DNA of 64,000 nucleotides from Phycisphaerae bacterium (lineage in GTDB: Bacteria > Planctomycetota > Phycisphaerae > UBA1845): contig CAXXGO010000006.1 in the NCBI GenBank assembly GCA_963666835.2, positions 1,952,001 to 2,016,000 on the forward strand, in the 5' to 3' direction. This document shows positions 24,888 to 35,377 of this stretch, piece after piece. Position numbers and translations under genes: made by a program. Under the pieces are notes generated by a model. That model saw only the letters and a program-made list of their open reading frames with translations. It was not told the DNA's origin and did not search any database. Each line of letters opens with the position of its first letter. Position 1 is the first letter of the stretch.

Positions 24888-25847
24888 ATGGCGGTTGTTG
24901 AGCTCAACCATCTTTCGAAGTGGTACGGCGAGGTCATTGGCCTTAACGATGTCACTTTGGCCATCGAGGGCGGTATCACTGGGCTGGTCGGCCCTAACGG
25001 GGCGGGTAAGAGCACGCTTATGGGTCTGACGATGGGGCAACTCCGCCCGAGCCGGGGCTCCATTCGCGTGTTCGGTAAAGGCGTGTGGGATAATCCCCGG
25101 GTCCTCTCGCGGTTGGGCTACTGCCCGGAAGGAGACCCGTTCTGGCCAAGCCTGACCGGGCGGAGGTTCGTTGTGTTTCTGGCGCGGGCCTCGGGACTGT
25201 CTTTACGCGAAGCTCGCCGGGCTGCCGACCGGGCGATCGAGCTGACCGGCATGACCGAGCACGCGGATCGAGCGATCCGCGGTTATTCAAAGGGAATGCG
25301 GCAGAGAATCAAACTTGCCCAGACGTTGGCGCACAGTCCGGAGCTACTTGTTCTCGATGAACCGTTCACCGGGGCGGATCCCGTGGGTCGGCATGAGCTG
25401 GCAAACCTGTTCCGACACCTGGCGGACGAGGGCATCGACATCCTCGTCTCCAGCCACGTGCTGCACGAGGTCGAGTCTTTGACCAGGCAGATCGTAATGA
25501 TCGACCACGGGCGGGTTGTGGCCCAGGGCGATACGCGCCGCGTGCGCCGCGATATGCACGACCGCCTGCACGCAATTCGCGTTCGCCTCGCCGGTGGATC
25601 GGGATCATCTGACCGAGACGATTCGGGTGTTCGGCGTCTGGCGGTGAGGCTGGCCGCCGTGAAGAGCGTGGCCGGGCTCAAAGTCGTGTCGGCAGACACT
25701 CTGGTGGTGGAAACCGCCGTGCCCGACCAGGTGTACGACGGCCTGCCGGGTTGGGTGCTGGAAGAGAATGTGGCGGTTCGTGAGATTGCGGCCGCCGATG
25801 ACAACCTGGAAGCGGTGTTCGGCTATTTGACTCAGCAGAATCCGTAG
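24888..25847 (+). CDS. ABC transporter ATP-binding protein
   Basis: GPNGAGKS, YSKGMRQR, VLDEP, SSH. Confidence 0.95.
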   Translation: MAVVELNHLSKWYGEVIGLNDVTLAIEGGITGLVGPNGAGKSTLMGLTMGQLRPSRGSIRVFGKGVWDNPRVLSRLGYCPEGDPFWPSLTGRRFVVFLARASGLSLREARRAADRAIELTGMTEHADRAIRGYSKGMRQRIKLAQTLAHSPELLVLDEPFTGADPVGRHELANLFRHLADEGIDILVSSHVLHEVESLTRQIVMIDHGRVVAQGDTRRVRRDMHDRLHAIRVRLAGGSGSSDRDDSGVRRLAVRLAAVKSVAGLKVVSADTLVVETAVPDQVYDGLPGWVLEENVAVREIAAADDNLEAVFGYLTQQNP

Positions 25848-25854
25848 GCGGCGT

Positions 25855-26712
25855 GTGGAGGCGCCGGGAAGAACCATGGGACCTTTGCTTGCTTTGTTCG
25901 GCTTCACGATTCGCTCGACGCTTCTGGCTCGGAAGCTCTGGGCGGTGCTCATAATGCTGGCTGCCCCCAGTATGTTACTCGTGCTGATCCGGCTGGTGGA
26001 AGAGGACGCGATATCGAAAGGGCGCGAACTCTGGGAGGCCTACCATGTGATGAACCAGTTTCTCATCCTCATGGTGGCGGTTCCGTTGGTGTGTATGGTG
26101 TACGGCGTTTCGCTGATCAGCGCCGAAGTCGAATCTCGCACATTTGTATATCTGGTGACCCGGCGCATGCGCCGGGCGACGGTCTTTCTCATAAAATACG
26201 TTGCAACCGCTTGTGTGCTTGCTCTGCTGTGTGATGCCGGTGCGGTGTCGGTCTACTTCGCGACGTTCTCCGGAGTGGACTTGCCCGTACCGGTCGCCGG
26301 GAATCCGGCGTTGGGCCAATGGAACCCGACTCACGAGCTGATGGTCTACCTGGCCGTGATTCCGGCGGCGGTGTGTGGGTTTCTGGCTTTGTTTGCGATG
26401 GTCGGTCTGCTGGCCCGCAAGCCGCTCGGGGTTTCCGCGTTCTATTGGGTGATGGTCGAGCTAATCCTCTCGAACATGCCGACCGGTGCCCGGGTCTACA
26501 GCCTGCTCCATCCGCTCCGGCTGATGATGATCCGCGAGATGCCCGGTGTAACGGCGCTATACGAGTTGCCGCAGGACCTTTTGAACAGAGTATACCGCCC
26601 GGATCAGAGCGGGTTGATCCCGTTGTTGATTGTGATCCTCGTTTCTGCCGGTATCACCGCCTGGGCGGTATCGGTTCGCGAACTGCTGCCCACGAAAGTC
26701 TCGCAAGATTAA
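25855..26712 (+). CDS. ABC-2 type permease
   Basis: Multi-TM; LISAEVESRTFVYLVTR motif; operon context. Confidence 0.85.
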   Translation: MEAPGRTMGPLLALFGFTIRSTLLARKLWAVLIMLAAPSMLLVLIRLVEEDAISKGRELWEAYHVMNQFLILMVAVPLVCMVYGVSLISAEVESRTFVYLVTRRMRRATVFLIKYVATACVLALLCDAGAVSVYFATFSGVDLPVPVAGNPALGQWNPTHELMVYLAVIPAAVCGFLALFAMVGLLARKPLGVSAFYWVMVELILSNMPTGARVYSLLHPLRLMMIREMPGVTALYELPQDLLNRVYRPDQSGLIPLLIVILVSAGITAWAVSVRELLPTKVSQD

Positions 26713-26719
26713 TGCCCAC

Positions 26720-27300
26720 GCAGGGTCGAGGCATGGTATTTACCGCGATGTCTGGTATGGTGGCTTATGATGCGCAGTTGGCATTTCCCGTAGGGCAGGT
26801 CGAGGCACGAGACCTGCCGCGACCTCTGCGCGACGCGAACTTCGGTGGTGCGTCTCGTCCCTCGACACTGCCGGGTGCCATGGTCCACGCCTGCCGGGTG
26901 CGGGTGCCATGGTCCACGCTTGCGTGGCCATGCAGGTTTGTAAGGCCGACTGCGCGTGATTGTGTTAACCTCGTCAGGCGGTAATGGCGGGTGGCAAGCG
27001 TCGCCGGATTGGCATGGTAGACCGTCCCGAAGGGACGAAGGCATATAGCCACGGGTGGATCGCAGCGGGACCCGTGGGTGACGTTCGCCCCCCACGTGCT
27101 CGCGTCCCGAAGGGCCGGGGGACGGTTACCGGCATCGGGTGAGGACGGCGGCAACTCGTAGGGCACGGTCGAGGTACGAGACCTGTCATCAAGGCCGCAA
27201 TGGCTCGAGTTGTACGAATATGTGCCACCTGTGTGTCTCGCTGGACCAGCCCGTCAGGGCGACAGCTCTGCCCAGCCCGCGGCGTCAGCCGCGGGATCGT
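26720..27300. repeat. Mosaic of REP-like elements
   Basis: Family A copies; duplicated CGGGTGCCATGGTCCACGC; CCACGGGTGGATCGCAGCGGGACCCGTGG hairpin (related copy at 43742); 80-bp unit matching the reverse complement of 44413-44491. Confidence 0.8.
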
Positions 27301-28478
27301 GCCGAATCAAGTCCCCGGATGGCCCAGAGGCAGTTGGGGTCGACGCGCAGGGCATGTTCGAAATGATCGCGGGCGGCCGCGGTTCTGTCCATGGCTAACA
27401 GAACTTCCGCCATCAGGCAGTGGGCTTCCACATCGTCGGGGGATGTGGTCAGCAGGTCGTAAAGCGTAGCCGCGGCTGCGGCTGAGTTGCCCCGTTGCCA
27501 TTGAATGGTGGCTCGAACGAGTCTTACCTCCGGATGGTCCGGCTCATGATCTTCTGCCAGGCTGATGGCATATAAGGCCGTCAGGGAGTCGCCGCCGGCG
27601 ATGGCGGCTTTGGCGAGAAGAACCTGGGCGGGCACGTCGGATGGGTGAGACCGGGCGTAGTCCGCCAGAATCCGCTTCGCGGAGCCGTGGTCGCCCGCAG
27701 CCAGATAGCAACCTGCGAGCGTTCGGCGGACCGTTCCGGTGACCTCGCGCCCGCCGTTGCCGCTGTGCAGCAAGGGCTCCAATACGGTAATGGATTCCGG
27801 GCAGCGACCCGTCCGCGCCAGAAGCAGACCGAGTTCCTCCGTGATGAGTGCGTGCCTTCCGTCCGGTACTGCCACCGCCTGATGACGCCGAGCGGCGTCT
27901 TCCACATCTCCCAGCAGAGCCGCGATGTGGGCCGAGAGGATCGCTACCGTATCGTCGTCGTCAATCCCGTTAGCGTTGCGGTCCAGCAGAGCCAACGCCT
28001 CATCCGCGCGATCCAGCGACACCAGACATTCCGCATACGCCACCAGGTAATCCACGTTCGCCGGATCGAGCTCGCAGGCGAAGGCGTATCTTTCCAGAGC
28101 CTCTCGGAGTTGATCCCGCTGTTCCAGGATGACACCTTCGGTATAGACCAAGTCGGCCGACTCCAGCCCCGCCTCGTTGGCCGCGTCGAGGACCCGCTGG
28201 GCGGAGGCCGGCTTGCCGGTTTCGAGGTACGCCCGCGACAGCAGAACGTATCCCTCCGTCGCGAACGGGTCTAGGGCGAGAGACTCAGAGACGGTTTTGA
28301 TGGTTTCGTCGAAGAGCCCGCCCTCGTATTGCTGGCGGGCGAGCTGGAGTTTGACCTGTCCGCGAACCTGGCTCCACTGCTGGGCCACTTCCGCTCGTTC
28401 TTCGGAATGCGTCAGGGTGCTGCAGGCGCCGAGCACCGCGATCAGGCCGATGGCAGCGAATCGTCCGAGTCGTTTCAT
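27285..28478 (-). CDS. TPR-repeat lipoprotein (possible secretin pilotin/assembly factor)
   Basis: MKR.. signal with lipobox LGAC; multiple TPRs; directly downstream of the secretin gene. Confidence 0.85.
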   Translation of the reverse strand: MKRLGRFAAIGLIAVLGACSTLTHSEERAEVAQQWSQVRGQVKLQLARQQYEGGLFDETIKTVSESLALDPFATEGYVLLSRAYLETGKPASAQRVLDAANEAGLESADLVYTEGVILEQRDQLREALERYAFACELDPANVDYLVAYAECLVSLDRADEALALLDRNANGIDDDDTVAILSAHIAALLGDVEDAARRHQAVAVPDGRHALITEELGLLLARTGRCPESITVLEPLLHSGNGGREVTGTVRRTLAGCYLAAGDHGSAKRILADYARSHPSDVPAQVLLAKAAIAGGDSLTALYAISLAEDHEPDHPEVRLVRATIQWQRGNSAAAAATLYDLLTTSPDDVEAHCLMAEVLLAMDRTAAARDHFEHALRVDPNCLWAIRGLDSARSRG

Positions 28479-28520
28479 GACTAAGGTCTCTTGCGGGGCC
28501 GAGAACCGCAACGACGGACG

Positions 28521-30335
28521 CTACGGATCCAGTTCGGTTACGTTGTCCTCGAATCCTCCCTCTGCCTCGCTAGCCGAGGGGGCTCCGAACCAGGGTCGCC
28601 CCAACGGTGGTCGAACGTCGCCGCGCTCGGCGGCGATGAGGCGATAAAGGAACGTGCGTCCTCCGCTGCCGTCCTCATCCCATGTCCGTTGTTGGAGGAT
28701 TCGCTCCTTCAGGTGGATGGCCGGCAGAAGGGTCGCGCTGTTGCTCAACGCCATGTTCAGGTGCCAGACGGCCTTGTCGAGGTCGTTGCGATTGTACGCG
28801 TCGATCGCTTTGCCGTACTGTCGTTGGGCGACGCGTTCGCGTCCGTGCCACATCAACCCGCGGCGGAGTCCCACCCGCATTCGCTCCAGGTCGTCAAGGC
28901 ACTCCGCCGATGCCGCGGCATACGCGCGTTGGTCTTTGACCACATGGACGGTGAGCAGGATGATAACCTCCTCGCGTGAACTGGAGTCGGCATTGGAGCG
29001 AAACAGGGGGCCAAGCCCCGGCAAGTTGCCGAGCCAGGGAACCTGTCGGCGGGCGTCCGTGGTTACCTCGCGAAACAGACCGCCGATTAGAATGGTCTCT
29101 CCATCCCGAACCAGAACGTTCGTAGTCACTTCCGTGGTCTGCTCGGACGGCAGGCCCTGGGCATTAACGTAGCCGACGCTGTCCTCCGGGTGCAACTCCA
29201 TGCGAATGTAACCGTCATCCCCGATGAACGGACGGAAGATGAGCTGCGTACCAGTCTCAAGGAACTCGATGGACTGCATTGCCTGCGTTTCGGTCACGGT
29301 GGTCGTCATGAAGCCGTCACGACGTCCGACGATGACTTGGCCCTTCTGTTTGTTCAGCCCCAACACCTTCGGGTTGGCCAGAACGGTTGTGTTGGTGACC
29401 TGCTCCAACGCCCGGAGGAACAAGGCCACTTTGTCTTTGAGAATGCCGACAGTGAGCCCGCCATCCGGCACGTCCCCGGCGAAATCACTCATGGCGGTGC
29501 TATTGAAGCGCTCGAGCCGGTCTTGCGGAAGCGGACCGAGGGTCAGATCCGTAATGCCGTTGGAAGTTGCCCCGAGCATTTCCAGGTCCACCCCGCCCAC
29601 AATTGCGAAATCGATACCCAGGGCGTTTTCGTCGCTCAACTCCGCGCGGAGAATCGTCGCATCGATAAGCACCTGCTGAGGTCGAACGTCGATCTTGGTG
29701 ATGATCCGTTCGATCTCGCGGAGCTTGTCCGGGTGGGCGGTGACGATCAGGAAATCCTGGGCCGCGCTGGCCTGACCGCCCCCGTCACCGGAATCGCTCT
29801 CAAGCTTCGTGGCCGGGTCGGGAGAGGCACTTAGTTTCTCATCCGAGCCCAGCAGCGGCTTAATATACGATCCGGCGTCGGCCGCGGTGACATAGCTTAG
29901 CCTAAACACTCGCGTGACAGGTCGGGCTGCCGCCGCCGCGGCTAGTTCATCAAGCTCATCCAGTGTGTGTACGTAAATGAAATCCCCGGCCATGCGGTAT
30001 CCTGCCCGGTTGGCCATGAGGATCGCCTGCAATGCCTCGTCGAAAGTGACTTCGTAGAGGTTGGCGGTGACTGATCCGGTCACGCCCGGGGAAGCGATGA
30101 TGTTCCGCCCGCTCTGCACGGCCAGCATCCGCAGTACGGTCGACAGGGCGGCATCCTCGACGAAGAGGTTCACCCGACCATTGCCATCTACGGTGACTTC
30201 CGTTTGCATACCCGATATGGGCTCATCAGCCGGCGGATCATCGTTTGCCCGCGTGGGCACAGAAAGAAGAAGCCCCAGCGTCAAAGGGACCAGTACCGTT
30301 CTTGCGAGGGTGATGACGTTTCGTTTCTCCACCAT
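28521..30335 (-). CDS. Secretin (GspD/PilQ family) with a C-terminal helical extension
   Basis: STN/N3-like domains; IDVRPQQVLIDATI; LANPKV; VRDGETILIGGL; VPWLGNLPGLGPLF; EVIILLTVHVV. Start uncertain (30335 or 30524). Confidence 0.92.
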   Translation of the reverse strand: MVEKRNVITLARTVLVPLTLGLLLSVPTRANDDPPADEPISGMQTEVTVDGNGRVNLFVEDAALSTVLRMLAVQSGRNIIASPGVTGSVTANLYEVTFDEALQAILMANRAGYRMAGDFIYVHTLDELDELAAAAAARPVTRVFRLSYVTAADAGSYIKPLLGSDEKLSASPDPATKLESDSGDGGGQASAAQDFLIVTAHPDKLREIERIITKIDVRPQQVLIDATILRAELSDENALGIDFAIVGGVDLEMLGATSNGITDLTLGPLPQDRLERFNSTAMSDFAGDVPDGGLTVGILKDKVALFLRALEQVTNTTVLANPKVLGLNKQKGQVIVGRRDGFMTTTVTETQAMQSIEFLETGTQLIFRPFIGDDGYIRMELHPEDSVGYVNAQGLPSEQTTEVTTNVLVRDGETILIGGLFREVTTDARRQVPWLGNLPGLGPLFRSNADSSSREEVIILLTVHVVKDQRAYAAASAECLDDLERMRVGLRRGLMWHGRERVAQRQYGKAIDAYNRNDLDKAVWHLNMALSNSATLLPAIHLKERILQQRTWDEDGSGGRTFLYRLIAAERGDVRPPLGRPWFGAPSASEAEGGFEDNVTELDP

Positions 30336-30538
30336 GTCGGGGTGGGGGTGGAATCCGCCGTCGGTCGATCCCGTAGTGTCACGATCCTGGCTTATCTTCG
30401 GTCGGTCTATCACTTGTGCAAGCTCAACCGTCGTATCGGAATTCACGGCAATGGCGTCAGCCGGCTCGCGCGCGGCGAGATCACCAAGCGCAATGCCCGG
30501 TGCGAATCCCCGGCCGTCCGCCACTCCGGACCCACCCT

Positions 30539-30826
30539 TCAGCGCGTGCGGGTGACGTTATCGGTGCTTGGGTTATCGGCACCTTCGACGCGCACATTGA
30601 ACGTCTGTTTCTGCATCAGATCCTTGATTTCGCCAAGGAGCAGGTTCGTACGCCGGATCTCCTCCAGGAGCAGCTTGCGCTGCATACCGCTGTCGGGGAT
30701 CTGCGCCTGGGCTTCCGGCAGCACCGCCACCGGGCCCATCCACACGCGAATGCACGTCAGCACGGCGAACGCGACCATTACGATGCGTAGAAACGGTGTT
30801 CTTGATGCTCGGTTAGGGGTCGACAT
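30539..30826 (-). CDS. Small exported or membrane-anchored hypothetical protein
   Basis: AAGGAG RBS; hydrophobic N-region ending AQA; short amphipathic helix. Confidence 0.75.
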   Translation of the reverse strand: MSTPNRASRTPFLRIVMVAFAVLTCIRVWMGPVAVLPEAQAQIPDSGMQRKLLLEEIRRTNLLLGEIKDLMQKQTFNVRVEGADNPSTDNVTRTR

Positions 30827-31158
30827 GGTTGTCTCCTTCGCAAGTCAAGGGATTGAGGATCCCCGCGTTCGGCCTTCGCTGAGCCCGCGGGGGCCACGGA
30901 TCCCGCATCGGATCCACTTGGTCCCGCGGACGGACCCGATCCAACGCTGCTTCCCGATGGGTCGCTCAGGTTCCTCTTCCCTTGCCAAGGGGCTCATCCG
31001 GGTGGGCACGCTGGAACCCCGCGCTACGCGGGGGCTGATGCCTTTCCTGGAAAGGGGGCAGGGGGGCATGGCGATTTCCTCGTCAGAAACAGCGCTCGGT
31101 TCGGCTACTTGCGGTATTATCGGTCGCGGGACGGGCTGTCTTGCCAAGCGTGAGCGGC

Positions 31159-32559
31159 TCAGCGGAGCCCGGCGGGCAGGAGCAAGACCAGCAGGATCGT
31201 CGTTACGACGACGCCGAACACCGCGGATAGCCGCACAGAACGAGTCCTCGGCGAGGAATCCGGTTCGTGGATGATAAGGACGCCCCCCAATGCCAACACT
31301 GCCAAGGCCAATAGCGCCAGGGCGGTACGCCCGCCCAGCAGGTGCCGGCCTCCCGTTGCTCCCAGCACCACCACCAGCGCGCTGAAGACCAGCATCCGGG
31401 CCAGCATCGATGCGCCGGCCGAAGGACGGTTGGCCACCCTTGCCAGAAGCGCCTGTCGGCCGTAAGCCGTGGCGAACCCGATTCCGCCCAGACCGGCGCA
31501 TGCCCAGGCGACCATTCCGAGCCCGCTCTGCGTTACCGCGGGCCAAGCCACGATTCCGGCCGCAATGACCGTACCGGCGGCCGCGCACGATACCCCGAAG
31601 CCGCCGATTGATCTTTGCCCGAACCGCTTGGTCCGGCAGCCCGCGAGGATGCCGGTTCCCAACGCTGCGAGCATGACCGGAAGGGCAAATTGTCCGGCGG
31701 TCCCGCTATTGCAGATCCGGTGAAGCCAGACCAGAGTCCCCCACGCGGCACCGCCTCCAACCACTACAATGCCGGCTCGCAGGAGAGTCGGCCATCGGTC
31801 GCTCCACAGCGGCAAGCCGGCCGAATCCGGAGAAGATCCGCCAGTTGGAGTCGTCGCGACTTCGGTGTTTGAGCCGGCCGCCAATAGCGAAACGCCCAAC
31901 ACCGGCAGCGCTGCCGTCACCAGCAGGACCTCTGCCGGACTACCGGCCCGAGACAGCGCTACCGCTATTGCCGCCCCGGCTCCGGCCCCGGCCAGAACCA
32001 AGCCGCCCGCTCGGGTCTCCCACGTCCCCAGCGGGCAACAGAGGCGGTGCGTGAGCGAGACTGCCAACCCCAACGCCGCCCACGGGATCAGGCCTGCACC
32101 CAGTACCACCAAACCGTGCAGAACAACCAACGGCAGCATCGACCAGACGAAACGGTCTTGCAGCCATTCATAGCCGGCCAAGGACATCCGGGCAGTCAGC
32201 GGGGTCAGCGCGGTCCCGGCGCCCGCTGCCAAGGCCACCACGGCCAGGAGCATCCAATACGACGCCCGGTCCGCCGGCGCCGCATTTGGTAGTCCGTTTG
32301 GCAGATCCGAAGACTGGCCGCGAGAAAGGAACTTCCGCCAGGCCGAAAGTGACACCCACATGGCAAACCGCTGCGGCACCTTCACTCCGACCGCCAGCGC
32401 CAGCAGAGCCGCCACGACCACTGTGGTACGAACCGCTATGCCGCCGGTGAGAGCGTCGTTGAAACGACCGATCAACCCGGTCGTCAGCATAGTCGTGGTC
32501 CCTCCGACCAATAGCGCAACCCCTGTGGTCCGTAGCTTCTCACGCTGATTTGGCTTCAA
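31159..32559 (-). CDS. Polytopic membrane protein (start uncertain)
   Basis: About a dozen Gly/Ala/Leu-rich hydrophobic segments. The longer ORF-track start overlaps birA. Confidence 0.65.
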   Translation of the reverse strand: MKPNQREKLRTTGVALLVGGTTTMLTTGLIGRFNDALTGGIAVRTTVVVAALLALAVGVKVPQRFAMWVSLSAWRKFLSRGQSSDLPNGLPNAAPADRASYWMLLAVVALAAGAGTALTPLTARMSLAGYEWLQDRFVWSMLPLVVLHGLVVLGAGLIPWAALGLAVSLTHRLCCPLGTWETRAGGLVLAGAGAGAAIAVALSRAGSPAEVLLVTAALPVLGVSLLAAGSNTEVATTPTGGSSPDSAGLPLWSDRWPTLLRAGIVVVGGGAAWGTLVWLHRICNSGTAGQFALPVMLAALGTGILAGCRTKRFGQRSIGGFGVSCAAAGTVIAAGIVAWPAVTQSGLGMVAWACAGLGGIGFATAYGRQALLARVANRPSAGASMLARMLVFSALVVVLGATGGRHLLGGRTALALLALAVLALGGVLIIHEPDSSPRTRSVRLSAVFGVVVTTILLVLLLPAGLR

Positions 32560-32773
32560 GGGCAGCGTGCTCGCGTCCGAGATCGTCGATTGGCGGACCG
32601 TCAGAGCCTGGCTGCCGATTTGGGCGGCCGACCCGCGGCGCGGACCTCGTCGGCGATGGCGGGATCTGAACCGACGGCTTGCCGAACGTGATCGAGCTCG
32701 CCTGGACAAGTGTGGGCCTCCTGCCCTAAACCCTGACGGAACCCACCGGGCAATTGTGGGCTCCGCGTCCCTT

Positions 32774-33592
32774 TCAGCTACCTGTTCCTGCAGAGTCGGG
32801 AAGGATCGTAGTATCGGCTGCATTGAACGCCCGCACCCCGCCCTCGTCAAGCTGCACGACAAGAGCCGCGGTGGGGTCCAGATCCAACACCGATCCGCTG
32901 AAGGTCCTTCCCCTATGCTCCAGGAATATCCGCCCGCCCAGCGGCTCTGCCCGCGCCAGCCACTCGCGGCGCAAGTCATCGTTAGACCAACCGGTCGGGT
33001 CGGCCAGCCACCGATCCAACTCAGTTACCACGGAAAGCGCCAACCCGGTTCGATCAATCGCAACGTGTGCTTCGATTTCCAAAGATGTTGCAATCCCGGC
33101 CAGCTCATCGGGAAGATGCCCGCGCTGTTGAAGACAGTTGATCCCGATTCCGATCACGTAGGCCGTTGCGGTCTCGGTGTACTGCCGGGATTCCACCAAT
33201 ATCCCCGCGAACTTACGACCGCGGACGAGGAGGTCGTTCGGCCATTTGATGACGGGTAAGATTCCAGTACAGGACGCAACCGCATCGCGGACCGCTACGG
33301 CGGCCAGCAGAGCCAACTCGTTGCCCACCAACGCCCCCGGGTGATCTACCAATGCCACACTGCCCAGAAGGCTGGCCCCCCGAGGTGAGTGCCACGACCT
33401 TCCGAACCGGCCGCGCCCCGCGGTCTGATGTTCCGCCAAGACCACCAACCCGTCCGCATCCCCTTCTCCGATCGACCTCCAACATTCGTCGATAGTGCTG
33501 GACGTGGATCTAAGATAAACGACGCGCCGTCCGATGCGGGCGGTGTTCAAGACAGCTCTGATTCGGTCAATCTGGAGAAGACCCCGTTCCAT
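32774..33592 (-). CDS. birA: Biotin--[acetyl-CoA-carboxylase] ligase
   Basis: QTAGRGRFGRSW, IKWPND, KFAGIL, GIGIN. No N-terminal HTH. Confidence 0.95.
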   Translation of the reverse strand: MERGLLQIDRIRAVLNTARIGRRVVYLRSTSSTIDECWRSIGEGDADGLVVLAEHQTAGRGRFGRSWHSPRGASLLGSVALVDHPGALVGNELALLAAVAVRDAVASCTGILPVIKWPNDLLVRGRKFAGILVESRQYTETATAYVIGIGINCLQQRGHLPDELAGIATSLEIEAHVAIDRTGLALSVVTELDRWLADPTGWSNDDLRREWLARAEPLGGRIFLEHRGRTFSGSVLDLDPTAALVVQLDEGGVRAFNAADTTILPDSAGTGS

Positions 33593-33637
33593 GCTTGCTC
33601 TCAACCGCCGTCACCGCGAACGCTCTGCCGGTTTGGG

Positions 33638-35299
33638 CTACCGTTCCGCCCCCACATTCCACCCGCCGACTTCCGTCCGATCCCAATCCCAGTTCAGGGC
33701 TTGCACAGGTTGGTCCTTCCGGGCCATGACGAACATTATCGGCGCACCCGTGCGGTCATGGAAATCCCAGCCAATCGGCTCACCGTAGTGCTCATTGAGA
33801 AACGCTTGCCACTGCGCAAACGCAGGCTCGTCGAATAACACTACGATCAGACGCGGCGGGTCCTTTTCTAGCTCCTGCAGCAAGATCTTCCGCCGCTGTT
33901 CGGCCCCCTTGTACCCGGTCCTCAAACCGGTGATCATCGAGTAGCGCGATGCGCAACGCCTCTGTGCGTAGTAGTAGACGCCGGTGTCGTTGCCGAAGAC
34001 GAAGATGCTATCCTCCGGATTCGTAACCTGTCGGACCTTCTCTCCGTAGGCCCTGCCCCAAAAGTCCCGTGAATTGTAGCGCTTGACCGTTATGCCGAAC
34101 GGCGGCTGACTCAGGTACTCCCGATACTCCGTGAAGGTCAGCCAAACGGGAAGTACTGCGTATAGCCCGATCCGACTAAGACGGGTCGCGAAAGGAAGTG
34201 ACTTCTTAGAGTCACCACACCATTCCGAGATCGCGGTGACCGCGGAGCCCGCGACAATCACCAGAGGAGGGATCAGCAGGTAGTAGTAATGCGGCCAGAA
34301 CTGGGCCGGCAGGCATACCGCGACGAAACTCCCGGCAACCAGCGCCAGGACCGCCCCGATTCCCGAGCATCGGCTGCGAATCCCCTTGAATAGCAGAACT
34401 GCCGACGCGATTGCCGCAGAAGACCAGATCGGCCAGGCACTATCGAAGATGAACGGATGCCGCTTTGGGGCGAAGAACCGGGCAAACCGCGCGGCAAAGC
34501 TCTCCGCCCCCTCACTGTAGCTGAGATTGAACATGAAGACCGCGTCAACGAACTCGTGCGCGCGGTCGGTTGCCGCGAAGTATGCCAACGATGCCAGCCA
34601 GAACGCCGCCGGTCCGACCGCGAACCACCCGAGAGACACCATCGCGGCACGACAGCGCCAAGCGGGTCCCGCCTGCCGCCAGACCCGCAACATGATCCAC
34701 GGAGCCAGCGCTATCCAATGGACCGCTACGATGGTCTTAATGCCGGATCCCATCGCCAGCGCCACTCCGGCCGCGAAGATGAGCCGATACGACAACCCCG
34801 CCGAGCGCACCGCCAAGTACCATGCGCCGAGGATGCAGGTGTTCATGTAAATCTCGCGGTTGCATCCTTCACCGGCCGTGCCGGGATCGCTTGACGCCAG
34901 GGCGAACAGGATTGCCGCCAGCGCCGCTGCCGGGCGGCCGGCGCACCGGCGCGAAACCGCGAAGACCAGCCCCAAAGACCCAAGCGAAAAAGCCGTCGCC
35001 AGCCATCGAAACACGCTTGGATCATCTCCGAAGACCGCAATCACTCCGGCGAACAGGGCGAAGATGCCGAACGGTTGATGATCCCAGATGTCGGTGTACA
35101 GCCGGTCGCCGGCCAAAAGACGCGCCCCGATGTAGGCATAGTTGCACTCGTCCGTCTCCAACGGCAGGTCGAACGCGTGCAGGCGGAACAAAACGAGGAC
35201 CACGCCCGCCCCGGCCAGCACCAGCCACTCCAGTGGCGCGAGACCATCTCGCCCGCCAGCGGGGTCCGCGAGGTTTGCCCTGTTGTCCGGTTCGCTCAT
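33638..35299 (-). CDS. GT-C membrane glycosyltransferase (ArnT/PMT-like)
   Basis: TDECNYAY (DE motif) after the first TM; LYTDIWDHQPFG; many TMs; WPHYY; GAGG RBS. Confidence 0.82.
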   Translation of the reverse strand: MSEPDNRANLADPAGGRDGLAPLEWLVLAGAGVVLVLFRLHAFDLPLETDECNYAYIGARLLAGDRLYTDIWDHQPFGIFALFAGVIAVFGDDPSVFRWLATAFSLGSLGLVFAVSRRCAGRPAAALAAILFALASSDPGTAGEGCNREIYMNTCILGAWYLAVRSAGLSYRLIFAAGVALAMGSGIKTIVAVHWIALAPWIMLRVWRQAGPAWRCRAAMVSLGWFAVGPAAFWLASLAYFAATDRAHEFVDAVFMFNLSYSEGAESFAARFARFFAPKRHPFIFDSAWPIWSSAAIASAVLLFKGIRSRCSGIGAVLALVAGSFVAVCLPAQFWPHYYYLLIPPLVIVAGSAVTAISEWCGDSKKSLPFATRLSRIGLYAVLPVWLTFTEYREYLSQPPFGITVKRYNSRDFWGRAYGEKVRQVTNPEDSIFVFGNDTGVYYYAQRRCASRYSMITGLRTGYKGAEQRRKILLQELEKDPPRLIVVLFDEPAFAQWQAFLNEHYGEPIGWDFHDRTGAPIMFVMARKDQPVQALNWDWDRTEVGGWNVGAER

Positions 35300-35377
35300 T
35301 TGTTCCTCATGGTAGCCGGCGCGGGCGGCACCTGCCACGGTGGAGCTTTCGGGCGAGAATTCTACTACAATCCCGGC

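Noticed and set aside
30845..31100. Possible 6S RNA, SRP RNA or c-di-GMP riboswitch
   Set aside because: The diagnostic conserved motifs could not be matched. Kept only as an unassigned structured leader.
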